Shown: positions 1-9,600 of the stretch, one piece after another
Numbering within the stretch: position 1 is the stretch's first letter
How the letters are laid out: every line of letters begins with the position of its first letter
From: a virus
Lineage: Duplodnaviria; Caudoviricetes
IMG/VR virus record: IMGVR_UViG_3300027743_000484
Span: 1 to 24,263 of that record
Reading direction: 5' to 3' (one strand)
Length of the DNA: 24,263 nt
Program-made: the position numbers and the translations under genes
Notes under the pieces: generated by a model
What the model was told of the DNA's origin: nothing
Databases searched by the model: none
Seen by the model: the letters and a program-made list of their open reading frames with translations, nothing else

Positions 1-425
1 ACCTCGAGCTGCTGGCTCACGACCGATGCGCTCGACGCGTCCGTCAGGCGCTCGTTGAGGTACTCGTCGGCCCCCCACGAGTTCTCGCCCCTGTTGCCCT
101 CACTCCACGCATCCGCGCTGGGCGTGATGGGGCGCATCCGCAGGCGCGAGATGTTGCCGCCCTGATCGATGTGCGTCGCCGAGCCGCGCAGCACGAGGTC
201 GGCACCGATGACCCGTCCGACGTTGGTGTACTGGCCGCTCTCGTCGATCTGGGCATGGACCCGGTAGACGTCGGTGCGTCCACCGCCGAGGCCGAACGCC
301 TTACCGACGATCCAGTGGGGCTCCCCGCCCGAGCCTTGGTCGGTGGCCCCACTGCCATCGTTGGTCATGTGGCGGCTGGTGTTGTCCTTCGACAGCTCCA
401 GCCGCAGCGTCTTGGTCGCGGCCAC
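1..425 (-). CDS. Putative tail/baseplate-associated protein, N-terminal part (runs off the left edge; not in ORF track)
   Basis: GTG at 425 directly abuts the TAG of the upstream gene. Frame is open to the window edge: MAATKTLRLELSKDNTSRH...PHWIVGKAFG...DVYRVHAQID...IGADLVLRG...AWSEG. GC3-rich codons. The beta-rich pattern loosely resembles DNRLRE/CBM96-type domains (inference). Confidence 0.7.
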   Translation of the reverse strand, partial: MAATKTLRLELSKDNTSRHMTNDGSGATDQGSGGEPHWIVGKAFGLGGGRTDVYRVHAQIDESGQYTNVGRVIGADLVLRGSATHIDQGGNISRLRMRPITPSADAWSEGNRGENSWGADEYLNERLTDASSASVVSQQLE

Positions 426-1340
426 CTACGCCCATGCCTCCCAGAACCACATGCGTGATCCGGGGTCGAGCCAGCCCTGACCCGACGGGCGGGTCCACGT
501 GAACGGGTTGTTGCCCGGCTGCACGAGCGGGTGGGTCACGCCCTGCGTGAACTTGAGCAGGTCCATGCGCAGCGACACGGTCGTGCCGATCTGCAAGGTG
601 ACCACCCGGTGGGTGCCGTCATAGCGCAGGACACGCGCATTGGACGCATCGGCGGGGACGGTCAGGACCATGGTGCTGCCGCCCATCACGAGCGTGAAGG
701 TGAGGGCAGGACCCGCCGACAGCGCGAGCATGATGTTGAGCGGCGAGGGGTAGTCGCCCTTGTGGTTGAACGACCCGGACTGGGTGCCCGTTGACCCCAC
801 GATACCCGTGAACTCGGTGTAGTCCTGTGCGTACACGCGCGGGTCGCGCGCTTGGAGCTGGGCCTGCCACGGGATGGACAGCCCCTCCTCGGTGACCCCA
901 CCGATGGTGTCCCGCCGGATGTTGAAGCCGAGGTCGCGCACCGGGCGGACCTTGATCATCTGCGGCTTGAAGCCACTCGGGTAGCTCGTGGTGTTCTTGG
1001 TGGGGACCTCGAAGTTGAGCGGGATGTAGCCGTACTCGCCGGGCTCGTCAGCGAACGCGGCGGTCGGGCTGAACGCGTTGCGCAGGAGCTGGAGATAGTC
1101 GAACAGGTCCGCCCGGGTCTGGCCGTACAGGGTCCCGGTGAGCACCACGGTGCGCATGCCGAGCGTGATGTCCGACGCGTCGTAGCCGTCGGTGGCCGCA
1201 CGCTTCTCGGTGTAGCCCACGCCGGGCACGTCGGAGTAGTCGCAGCTCTCGATGGTGATGCCACGGATGGGCGCGGTGGGTGAGATCACCGGGCTGTTGA
1301 GCTGGAGTCCCCGGTACTCGACGGGCCGGGTCAGGTCCAC
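426..1340 (-). CDS. Distal tail (Dit)-like / phage tail domain protein, 304 aa
   Basis: Pattern resembles siphophage Dit proteins (DG...G.R.V.L.G; WQAQLQARDPRVY; ..GDYPSPL.I; L.PGNN). Lies downstream of capsid and adaptor. GTG abuts the upstream TAG. Confidence 0.65.
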   Translation of the reverse strand: MDLTRPVEYRGLQLNSPVISPTAPIRGITIESCDYSDVPGVGYTEKRAATDGYDASDITLGMRTVVLTGTLYGQTRADLFDYLQLLRNAFSPTAAFADEPGEYGYIPLNFEVPTKNTTSYPSGFKPQMIKVRPVRDLGFNIRRDTIGGVTEEGLSIPWQAQLQARDPRVYAQDYTEFTGIVGSTGTQSGSFNHKGDYPSPLNIMLALSAGPALTFTLVMGGSTMVLTVPADASNARVLRYDGTHRVVTLQIGTTVSLRMDLLKFTQGVTHPLVQPGNNPFTWTRPSGQGWLDPGSRMWFWEAWA

Positions 1341-1985
1341 CTACGCCACCCGGCGCAGCAGCACCGCCCGCTTGCGCAGGTCCGACCACTCCTGCTTGAA
1401 GGTGCTCGCCATCTGGAGGAGCTGGGTCGGGGAGACGTCGCTGTTGTTGGCCTGCGTCTGCCACTGCTGGTAGAGCGTGCGGTCATGGAGCAGCATCTCC
1501 AGCGCGGTCCAGCGCGCGTAGGCGCGCACGACCTCCTCGTCGGTCATGTCGAAGAACTGGGCGACGTCGGTCTCGTTCTTGAGCGGGTCCCGGTCCTCGT
1601 AGCAGAGCGCCCGGAACGCCGTGGTGTCAGAGGTCAGGATGCCCTGCGGCAGGATCAGGGTGTCGCCCCACTGGTCCCAGCCGTCAGCGGCGATGCCCTC
1701 GAAGGTCCGACTGCACTGGGGCACGTAGCGCCACGGGGCGTCGGTGTAGTTCTGCGCCTCCAACGCGATGATCTGCTGGCGGCCCAGTGCGATGTCGGTC
1801 GCCGGATACGTCCACGCGAGCGCGACGACGCGCGGCCACGGGCGCAGCCGGTCCAGCTCGGCGATCCCCTCGTTGATGAGTGATCCCACCATCGGCTCCG
1901 TGAACGTCTTGAACAGGACGTCACGCAGGTCGAGGGCCACCGCATCCTTGAGGTGGTCGAAGTCAGGCGCGATGTAGGGGGCCAT
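1341..1985 (-). CDS. Putative head-tail adaptor/connector protein, 214 aa
   Basis: Immediately downstream of the major capsid gene. N-terminal helical 'LINEGIAEL' motif and helical C-terminus typical of phage adaptors. RBS-like AGGAG/GAGG upstream. Confidence 0.6.
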   Translation of the reverse strand: MAPYIAPDFDHLKDAVALDLRDVLFKTFTEPMVGSLINEGIAELDRLRPWPRVVALAWTYPATDIALGRQQIIALEAQNYTDAPWRYVPQCSRTFEGIAADGWDQWGDTLILPQGILTSDTTAFRALCYEDRDPLKNETDVAQFFDMTDEEVVRAYARWTALEMLLHDRTLYQQWQTQANNSDVSPTQLLQMASTFKQEWSDLRKRAVLLRRVA

Positions 1986-2005
1986 GGCCTCACGCTCCTA
2001 GGGAC

Positions 2006-2046
2006 TCGGGGGACGGGCCCGGCTGGGGCACGGGACCCGCCCCCGA
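2006..2046 (-). terminator. GC-rich imperfect stem-loop just after the capsid stop (possible terminator/attenuator or mRNA stabiliser)
   Basis: Minus strand TCGGGGGCGGGTCC...GGGCCCGTCCCCCGA, between capsid stop (2055) and adaptor start (1985). No U-tract. Confidence 0.4.
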
Positions 2047-2054
2047 TGGTCAGA

Positions 2055-3074
2055 TCAGAGCGTGCCGCCCGACTCGATGCGGATGTACTTGGGGCCGCTG
2101 GACACCATGGTGGCGGAGCCGAGCAGCCGCGCACCGAACATGCCCTTCCAGCCCACCTCGGCGAGCTGGGCGAGCGGATCGGTGTGATCACCACCCGGGC
2201 GCACCATGTACGACCGGATGGTCTGGACGTCGCCGACCGCCCACGCGCCGGGGCCGAACACGAAGGTCGAGTAGACCTTCGCGCTGGTCGCGCCCACGGT
2301 GCCGAGGTACGTGCCGACGGGGGTCTCGATGAAGCGGACGCCGTACAGCCGCCCGATCTCGCCCGCGAACAGCTGATCCACCGCGCCGTACTTGGCGGCC
2401 TCGATCCAGCCACCCACGGCGGTGTCGCCCATCAGATCGAAGATCATGTTGGGGTGGACGAACGCGTGGTAGTAGCCGTCCGCGAAGGTCGGCACGTTGG
2501 CCGCCTTGAGGGTGGCCACGGCCTCCCTGATCTCGGCTGCCGTGAGCTTCATCGCGGAGGTGATGGTGCCGGTGCTGGTGGCCGCACCCGCCCACTGGAC
2601 GTTGGTGCCCGCATGGAGCACCTGTGCGATGTAGTTGTCGAGCGTCTGCATGGCGTTGTACGCCACGCGCTCGGCAGCCACCGAGAACAGGTTGTGGGGG
2701 TTGAGCGCCAGCGCGACATCGGAGATGCCGACGAGCCGACCCGCCTGATAGGCGACCAGCTCCTCGTATCCGATGGTGATGGGCTCAAGGAAGGGCCTCT
2801 GACCCTCGACGAGCCACGGCACGGTCCCGGGGGCGGGCGGCGTGGGGATGGGCAGCGTGATGGGCAGGTCACCGTAGGAGATGTACCTGATCTTGTTGGT
2901 GCCGGGCACGATGTCGCCCGTCACGTAGCCGTCCGCCGCCATGTAGCGGACGACCTTGCGCAGGTTCTCCGCGATGTTCTGGCTGACCAGTGCGGTGACG
3001 GTGTTGTCGAAGTTGGTCGTCTGCGCTACGCCACCCGTACCGATGGGCTGGCCAGCGACGATGACATCAGGCAT
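2055..3074 (-). CDS. Major capsid protein (N4-gp56-like family, HK97 fold), 339 aa
   Basis: Family-typical motifs: EG..P, 'IREAVATLKAANVP..DGYYHAFVHP...DL', 'GEIGRLYGVRFIETP', 'VYSTFVFG..AW', 'DPLAQ...VGWK'. GAGGA RBS. Follows the scaffold gene. Confidence 0.9.
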   Translation of the reverse strand: MPDVIVAGQPIGTGGVAQTTNFDNTVTALVSQNIAENLRKVVRYMAADGYVTGDIVPGTNKIRYISYGDLPITLPIPTPPAPGTVPWLVEGQRPFLEPITIGYEELVAYQAGRLVGISDVALALNPHNLFSVAAERVAYNAMQTLDNYIAQVLHAGTNVQWAGAATSTGTITSAMKLTAAEIREAVATLKAANVPTFADGYYHAFVHPNMIFDLMGDTAVGGWIEAAKYGAVDQLFAGEIGRLYGVRFIETPVGTYLGTVGATSAKVYSTFVFGPGAWAVGDVQTIRSYMVRPGGDHTDPLAQLAEVGWKGMFGARLLGSATMVSSGPKYIRIESGGTL

Positions 3075-3090
3075 TCGGAGTGTGTCCTCA

Positions 3091-3642
3091 TCAGCGGTTC
3101 ATGCTGTCGATGAACTCCGGTGCCATCCGCTCAAGGTCCGCCTTGAGATCACTCGTGGACCGAGGACCGGGTTGCCCCTGCGGAGGGTTCCGGGGCGGTG
3201 CGTTGGGGTCCACGTACGGCTCGGGCTTGCGCCCACCTGCCGGTCGCAGACGCTCCTCCAGCGCTACGAGCTTCGCCTCATCCATCGCAGCCAAGGCGCT
3301 CGCGTCGAGCACGTCGGCTGCGTTGGGGAACCTGATGGACCGCACCTCGCTGGCGTGGGCCGTGTCCCGCTCGGCAAGCTGTCGCTTGAGGGCTTCAACC
3401 TCACCTAGTTCAGCGGTCCGTCGCGCTTCTGCTTCCGTCTGGCGCTGTGCATCCGCTGCCTTGTAGCGGTCCAGCTCCTGTCGGAGAGCGGCGTTCTCGC
3501 GGTCCTTGCCCGCTTGCCGCGCTCGGTATTCCGCCTCGACCTGCTCGACAGTGCGAGTGGCCTCACCGACCGGCGGGGCGGGCGGCTGTGCCGTCCCCTC
3601 ACCGATGGGCGCTTGCCCCTCGGACGTTCGCTGCTCGGTCAC
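3091..3642 (-). CDS. Capsid scaffolding protein, 183 aa
   Basis: Coiled-coil E/A/R-rich centre and Pro-rich C-terminus. Directly upstream of the capsid gene. Strong AAGGAGG RBS before GTG 3642. Confidence 0.75.
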   Translation of the reverse strand: MTEQRTSEGQAPIGEGTAQPPAPPVGEATRTVEQVEAEYRARQAGKDRENAALRQELDRYKAADAQRQTEAEARRTAELGEVEALKRQLAERDTAHASEVRSIRFPNAADVLDASALAAMDEAKLVALEERLRPAGGRKPEPYVDPNAPPRNPPQGQPGPRSTSDLKADLERMAPEFIDSMNR

Positions 3643-3679
3643 GAACTCCTCCTTGCATCCTCTATCGCCCCTGACCGTG

Positions 3680-3691
3680 ATGTCAAGGACA
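3680..3691 (-). promoter_or_regulatory. TGTCCTTGACAT motif (contains perfect -35 TTGACA) upstream of scaffold/capsid
   Basis: In the 54-bp intergenic gap. Identical 12-mer at 20523-20534. No clean -10 at 17-bp spacing. Confidence 0.4.
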
Positions 3692-3696
3692 TATCA

Positions 3697-6600
3697 CTAC
3701 AGCCCGATCTGGGACCACACGTTGGCCGCGTCGTCGGGCTCCGGGGTGTTGGCTCCGTTCCACTCACTCATGAGGTTGAACGGCGATGCGATGGCGCGCG
3801 GACCCCCGAAGGCGTACGCGACGGTGTCCTCGATGATCTTGCCGAAGTCGGTCGGCTGTGCGGCCAAGCCCTGCTCCGTGCGCAGGCGGTTCTGCGCCGC
3901 GTCCTCCGCCGCGTGGCGGGCCCACGCTGGCATGTTCACGGGGATGTCCCACGGGGTGCCCGGCAACATCATCTGGAACATGCGGATGGTCTCGGGGTGC
4001 TTCTCGATGAAGTCCTGCATCTCGGGGTTGGTCTGGATCATGAGCTGGGCGTAGAACGCCGCGTGCTTGGCCATCAGCGCCCCCGCGAAGGGGGCGTCCA
4101 CGCCGAAGGGCTTGGCCACGAGGAAGCGGATCATGGCGGGCAGCACCTTGCCCCACATGTAGGACGCCGGGTACATGCCGAGGTACGGGTGGTTGACGCT
4201 GCGCTCGGTCCACGACCGGCCACGCTTGTAGTAGTGGCGGGTGTGGGCCTGCTCCTCGCCCATCGTGAAGCTCTGCATCAGGGCCTGCATCCAGCGGTAT
4301 TCGTCCGCGTCGAACGTGGCCTTGGGCTCACTCTGGTCGGCCACCCGGAACCACTCGTCGAAGACCTCGCGCACCTCCTGCGGCACGTTGCGCACACCGC
4401 CTTCGAGGTTGGTCCGGCCCCACTCCCCGTAGGCGTTGAAGATCGCCTTCAAGCCCGGCGTCGGGGCGGTCTTGGCCCCACCCGCCACGTAGTGCTCGAA
4501 CTCCCGGGCGAGGTACTCCTCGTGCTGGCGGCCCCACTGGCGGGACGTGCGCCGACGCCCGCCCGACGCTGTCGGGGTGGCGTCATACGCCGTCATGAGC
4601 GCACGCTTGCCCGACTCGTCGAGGGAGCGCGCGAACTCGTGGGCGAACTCGTGGACGATGGAGCTGGGGTCGGCGTGCTCTAGGACGTAGAGGGTGCTTC
4701 GGGCTCCGTCGGTGTAGGCAAGGGCTGCTCGGACCCCTCGGGCGTTGCGCTGGTACTGGACGGTCTCTCCTCGGGCTCCGCCTCCGAGGGAGGCGAGCCG
4801 GGCTCGCCCTGCGGCTGGTCCTGCGAGGCTCGGCGCGTACTGTTCGTACGCATCGTCGATGTGCGACTTGGCTTGATCCCGCCACCGACCGACCACGCTT
4901 GCCGCCACCTCTGCTCCGTAGTCCCCTCGGGCCCGGAGTCGGTCGAGATAGGTTCGTCCGATCGCATCGTTCGCTGCCTCCTCGGGCGTCATGCCCCCTC
5001 GCGTGAGGGAACGGGCCATGCGCTCGTCATGGGCGAAGGTCGAGCCCACGCGTGGGTGATCCGCGCCCCGGTTGGTGGTCATCTTGACCTGCACCGGGTG
5101 GCGGTCAAGCTCCACGGGCAGGATGGTCTCGCGCATCCACTCGAACTCGTCGGGCAGCCCGTTCACCCAGTCGCCCACGTGCAGCTCGTCCTCGATGCCC
5201 GCCTCGGCCTCACGCATGCCCGCGAGGAAGTCGTCGAGCGTCGTCTGGGCGACACCCTCCTCGGGCTGCCACACGATGCGCACGACCTGTCGCCCCTCGG
5301 TGTCACGCGCGGACAGCACGCGGGTCCCGTCCGGGTACGCCTCCGCCGCATAGCGCGCGAAGGCGTCCCAGTGGCGAGCGGTGGCGGTCGAGGGGAGTCG
5401 CAGGTCGAGCGCCCAGTGGATGCCCTTCGACGGGTCCGCTGTGAGGGCATCGGTGTACTTGGTGCCCCACACCTCGTCGAGCTGGAGCGTCGCGCCGATC
5501 ATGTCCATGGCCGAGTCGGCGGCCTCGTCGGTGAGGGCCATGAGCGACCAGCCCGTGAGTGGCGACACGGCGGCGGCCCCGCCGCCCCGGGGCATCACGA
5601 TGTCGATGGGTGAGCCCACGAAGCGCACGCCCGTGGCCTGCTCCACGAAGTCCATGGCCATCAGCGAGACCTGCCTGCTGACGTCCCGCATCTGGTCGTC
5701 GGTGAGGTCATCCCACTGGGGCAGTGTGCCCTCAAGGGTCGAGCCGGGGCCCGACACCAGCTCGTCGGGGGGCAGCGGGTTGGTCCACTCGGGGGCCCGC
5801 CGGAAGCCCGGGCTGACCTCGGTCACGAGCGCCTTGCGCAGGACGGTGCCGCCCTCCACCTCGCTCGCGTGCTGCTCCGCGATGCGCCGGGCGTGGGTGC
5901 TCGCGAGCGTCGCCATCTCGCCCGGTGTCCAGTCGCTGCGGCCACCCCAGTCCTCGGCGTTGGCCGCGTTGGCGAGGGCGTTGGCCTTCTGGACGCCCCA
6001 CTCGTAGAGCACCTCGGGGTCCGCCTGATTGGGGTTGGGCTTGCGCACGTCGTAGCCCGCACGCGCCGAGAGCTGGCCGAGGGCGTCGTCGATGTCAGTG
6101 GCGTCACCTGCCTTGACCATGCGCCGGGCGATGGCGGTGGCGTACTCGGGTGTCCAGTGCCCCAACGCATGGAGCGCATGGCGGTCGATGGCGGCGGCCT
6201 TCGCCTGCACGCTGAACGAGGGGGCCGTGCCCCGGCGCATCGTGGCCGAGCGTTTGGGCGCACCGAACGTCTGGTCCATGACATCACGGGCGAAGGGGCT
6301 CATCGCCGCTGGGGCACCGGCCTCCCAGTCGCCCACCAGCTCCGCGACCAAGGGGTGGTCCACGACCGTGCGGCCACGGGGGTCGGCCTTCTGCTTGAGG
6401 CTGATGTCGTGGAGCACGTCGGCCATCTGCTGGATCGCCGTCCCCGGGGCGACGTCCTCGTCGAGCGCCCGCACGTAGCCCGCGAACATGCGTGCCGCCA
6501 CCTCGGCGCGCATGTCCTGCATCGTGCCCTGCACCTTGGACACACTGGGCTCGATGTCGCCCAGCGTCTGGATGTCCTCGGGCCACACGCGCAGCTCGTG

Positions 6601-9600
6601 CTCGCCCTGCACCCAGTCGATAGGGCGACCGGGCTTGCGGCGCACCGCCACCTGCACGGTGCGGATGGACTCGGGTGGCGTGGCGGCATGGGAGGCGAAC
6701 GCCACGTCGGGGTCGCCTACCACGATGATGCCGCCGATGCGCTCGGGGTCGCCCTGCTGGAGGTTGTAGTTGTTCCAGTGGCCCTGCATGCGGTGAGCCG
6801 CGTTGTCCGCGCGCTGGATCATCTCCCAGTTCGAGCGGTGCTGGCCCGCTGCCACCCGCTTGTCCCACTCCCGGGCGAAGTAGCGCTGTGCCTTGCGCCA
6901 CTCGGCGTCCGTGGCGTCCTTCCAGTGCGGGGCCCGGTAGTCGCCGTCGGGGTCGAGCGTGCGCAGCGCGTCGTAGGGCCGCTGGTAGAGGTGCTCCCAC
7001 TCGGTGCTGATGAAGTGGTCCCACACCTGATCGCCCGTGAGTTCACCACGCGCAGCACCAGCGAACACCCGCTGGCGCTCCGCGATGAGGCGGGCATGGT
7101 CCTCGTCGTAGGTCAGCGAGATCGTGTTGTCGGGGCCGCCACCCAGCCCCTGCGCGTTCACCTCGCGGCGTGATCGCAAGCCCTGCTCGGTGACCGGGTC
7201 GGTCCGTGTGGTGGTATGCCACAGCCCGCCGCCACCCTGCCCGTCGTGGCCATACAGCGCCAGATCGTCGGGCAGTGCCCGGCGCATGTAGGAGTCCACG
7301 CCCGGCCAGCTCGCGACCTCCGACGGAACCACATCGGTGACGAAGCCCTCGGTCACCGGCAGCATGCCGATGCGCTCGTGGGCGACCACGTTCTGCCGCA
7401 GCAGCGTCGCCACCTGCTCGTCGGACAGGAGCTGGGTGACGGTCTGGACCGCCGCCAGCATCTCCTCGTGGAGGTCGGTGGGACGGCTGCCCGCCTCCTG
7501 CACCGTGGTGGCAAGGGAGTTGAGCATGTCGTCGGTGTTGTCGGTGGCGAAGCCCATGGGGAAGGACTCGGTGCCGACTTCGAGGATGCCCTCGGCCATC
7601 TGCGGGACGCCATCGCCCAGCGCCGCCTGCTCCGCCGCCCGGATGGTCCGGTCGGCGATGAGCACCGGGGTCTCCGTGGGGCCACCGCCCAGCAGGCGGT
7701 AGGCCCGCTCGGTGACCGCAGCGTCCGCTGACCGCTGGGGCAGCCCGCCGTGCAGCCCGGCATACGTCCGGCGCGCCGTGCGGATGTCCTCGCGCATCGA
7801 CGTCATGGTCTGGGCATACGCCGCACGCGGCAGCTCGCGCTGTGAGTCCACCCACACGGGCTTGCCCGCGAAGTGTGTGGCCATCCACTCGTCGAGGGTG
7901 ATGCCCTTGGCGCGCGCCCCGGCCTGCGCCATGTTGCGCGCGAGGCGGGTCGAGAGGTCGATCTCGATGGCGCTGCGTCCGCCCTTGCGCATGCTCGACG
8001 CGAGCGAGTCGAACCACTCCTCGGGCGACGAGAAGTTGGCGGTGCGCCACGCCCGGTCGGCGAACTCCGGGTCGAAGGTGCTGACCACCGGGTGGGCCCG
8101 GAACTGGGCCTCCGTGAGACCACCATCGCTGATGGCCTTGCGCAGCGCGATGGGGTCGCGATAGCCCAGCGTCTTGGCGAGTGGCTGCATCAGCACCTGA
8201 TGGGGCTTGCCGATGGAGTTGGGGATGTAGCCGGTCGCGAGGAACGTCTGGTAGTGGGGGTCGTCCGCGTGGTGGACGCCCTTCTCGATCCAGTAGCGCA
8301 CCGCGATCTCGCCCGCGTTCGTGGTGCCGTAGTGCTGCTCCATCTCGGCCCACTGGGCGGGCGCGGAGTTGAGCATGTAGCGCTTCCAGCGCTGGCCGCT
8401 GTCGGCCTTCACGTCACGGATGTAGTTGAGCATCTTGCGGTCCTTGACGTCACGGACCTTCATGCGCTTCTCGTTGGCGATGGCGATCTGGCCGCCGGGC
8501 CCGAAGGACGTCTCGGGGCGGTGGGTGCTCATCCAGCCCTGCGCCGCCGTGTAGGCGTACTCCGCCTGATCGCTGAACATCGTGCCCAGCTTCCAGCGGT
8601 CGAGCATCGCGAGGACGGCCCGGTCCTCGGCGGTCCACTGGAGCCCCGGCCTGACGCCCCGGATGATGTTGAAGAAATAGGGCTCCAGCCACTCCTGCAT
8701 CTGGAAGATCGGGTTGGCCGTGAAGCGCATCATCGGGTAGAGCTTCTCGGAGACCACGCCGACCCAGTTGCCCATGCCCGCACTGCGGGTCTTCATCTTC
8801 CCGGTGAGCTTGACCGAGAGGCCCACGGTGGCCATCTCGCCCTCGAACGCCTGTGCGGTCAAGAGTGCGAGTCCGTCGTCGCCCAGTCGCTGGCGCAGGT
8901 TGGGCGAGAGCCCCTCGGCGACGCCATCGACGATGCCCCGGAACTCGTCCATGGACAGGCCGCGCGGCTGGATGTTGCGCTCACTGGCGGTCTTGCGGAC
9001 CGCCTCGAACAGGTTGATGGCCTCACGCCGACCGAGGTTGTGGACCTCGGTCGCGCGCCGGATGAAGCGTGAGCGCGCTTGGAACAGCAGCTTCTCGCCC
9101 CGGATGGGGCTGAACAGTCGGTTACGCTGGGTGTCCCAGTTGGTGGGCACGAACGCGGGGGCGCTCTCGGCGGTCGCCTCGACCCATGGGTTCACACCCA
9201 CGAGGCGACCCGTAGCGTCGGTGGACACACGCCACTGGTCCTTGGCCGCCGGAGCCACCGCGATCCGGTAGGCGAACTGCTCGCCGCCATTGACCCGGCG
9301 GTTCTCGTCGATGAACGACTTGAGGCTGTCGCCCAGCGTGTCGTAGTCCACCACCGTGGGGAACGACGAGACCCCGTCCTCGCCGCCACTGATGTTGTCG
9401 CGCAGCCAGACCGCGAGCCGGTCGAGCAGCACGGCGTCCTCGATGAGCCGCCCGTCCTCGTCGTACATGCGCTCGAAGTTCTGGTGGAGCACGTCGAAGC
9501 GGTTGATGAACTCACGCGCCCGGTTGGCGGCGTCGGCGGCCCCCGACTCCACGATGCCCAGCAGCTCCTTGGCATCGTCGAGCGACATCTCCCGTGCGCC

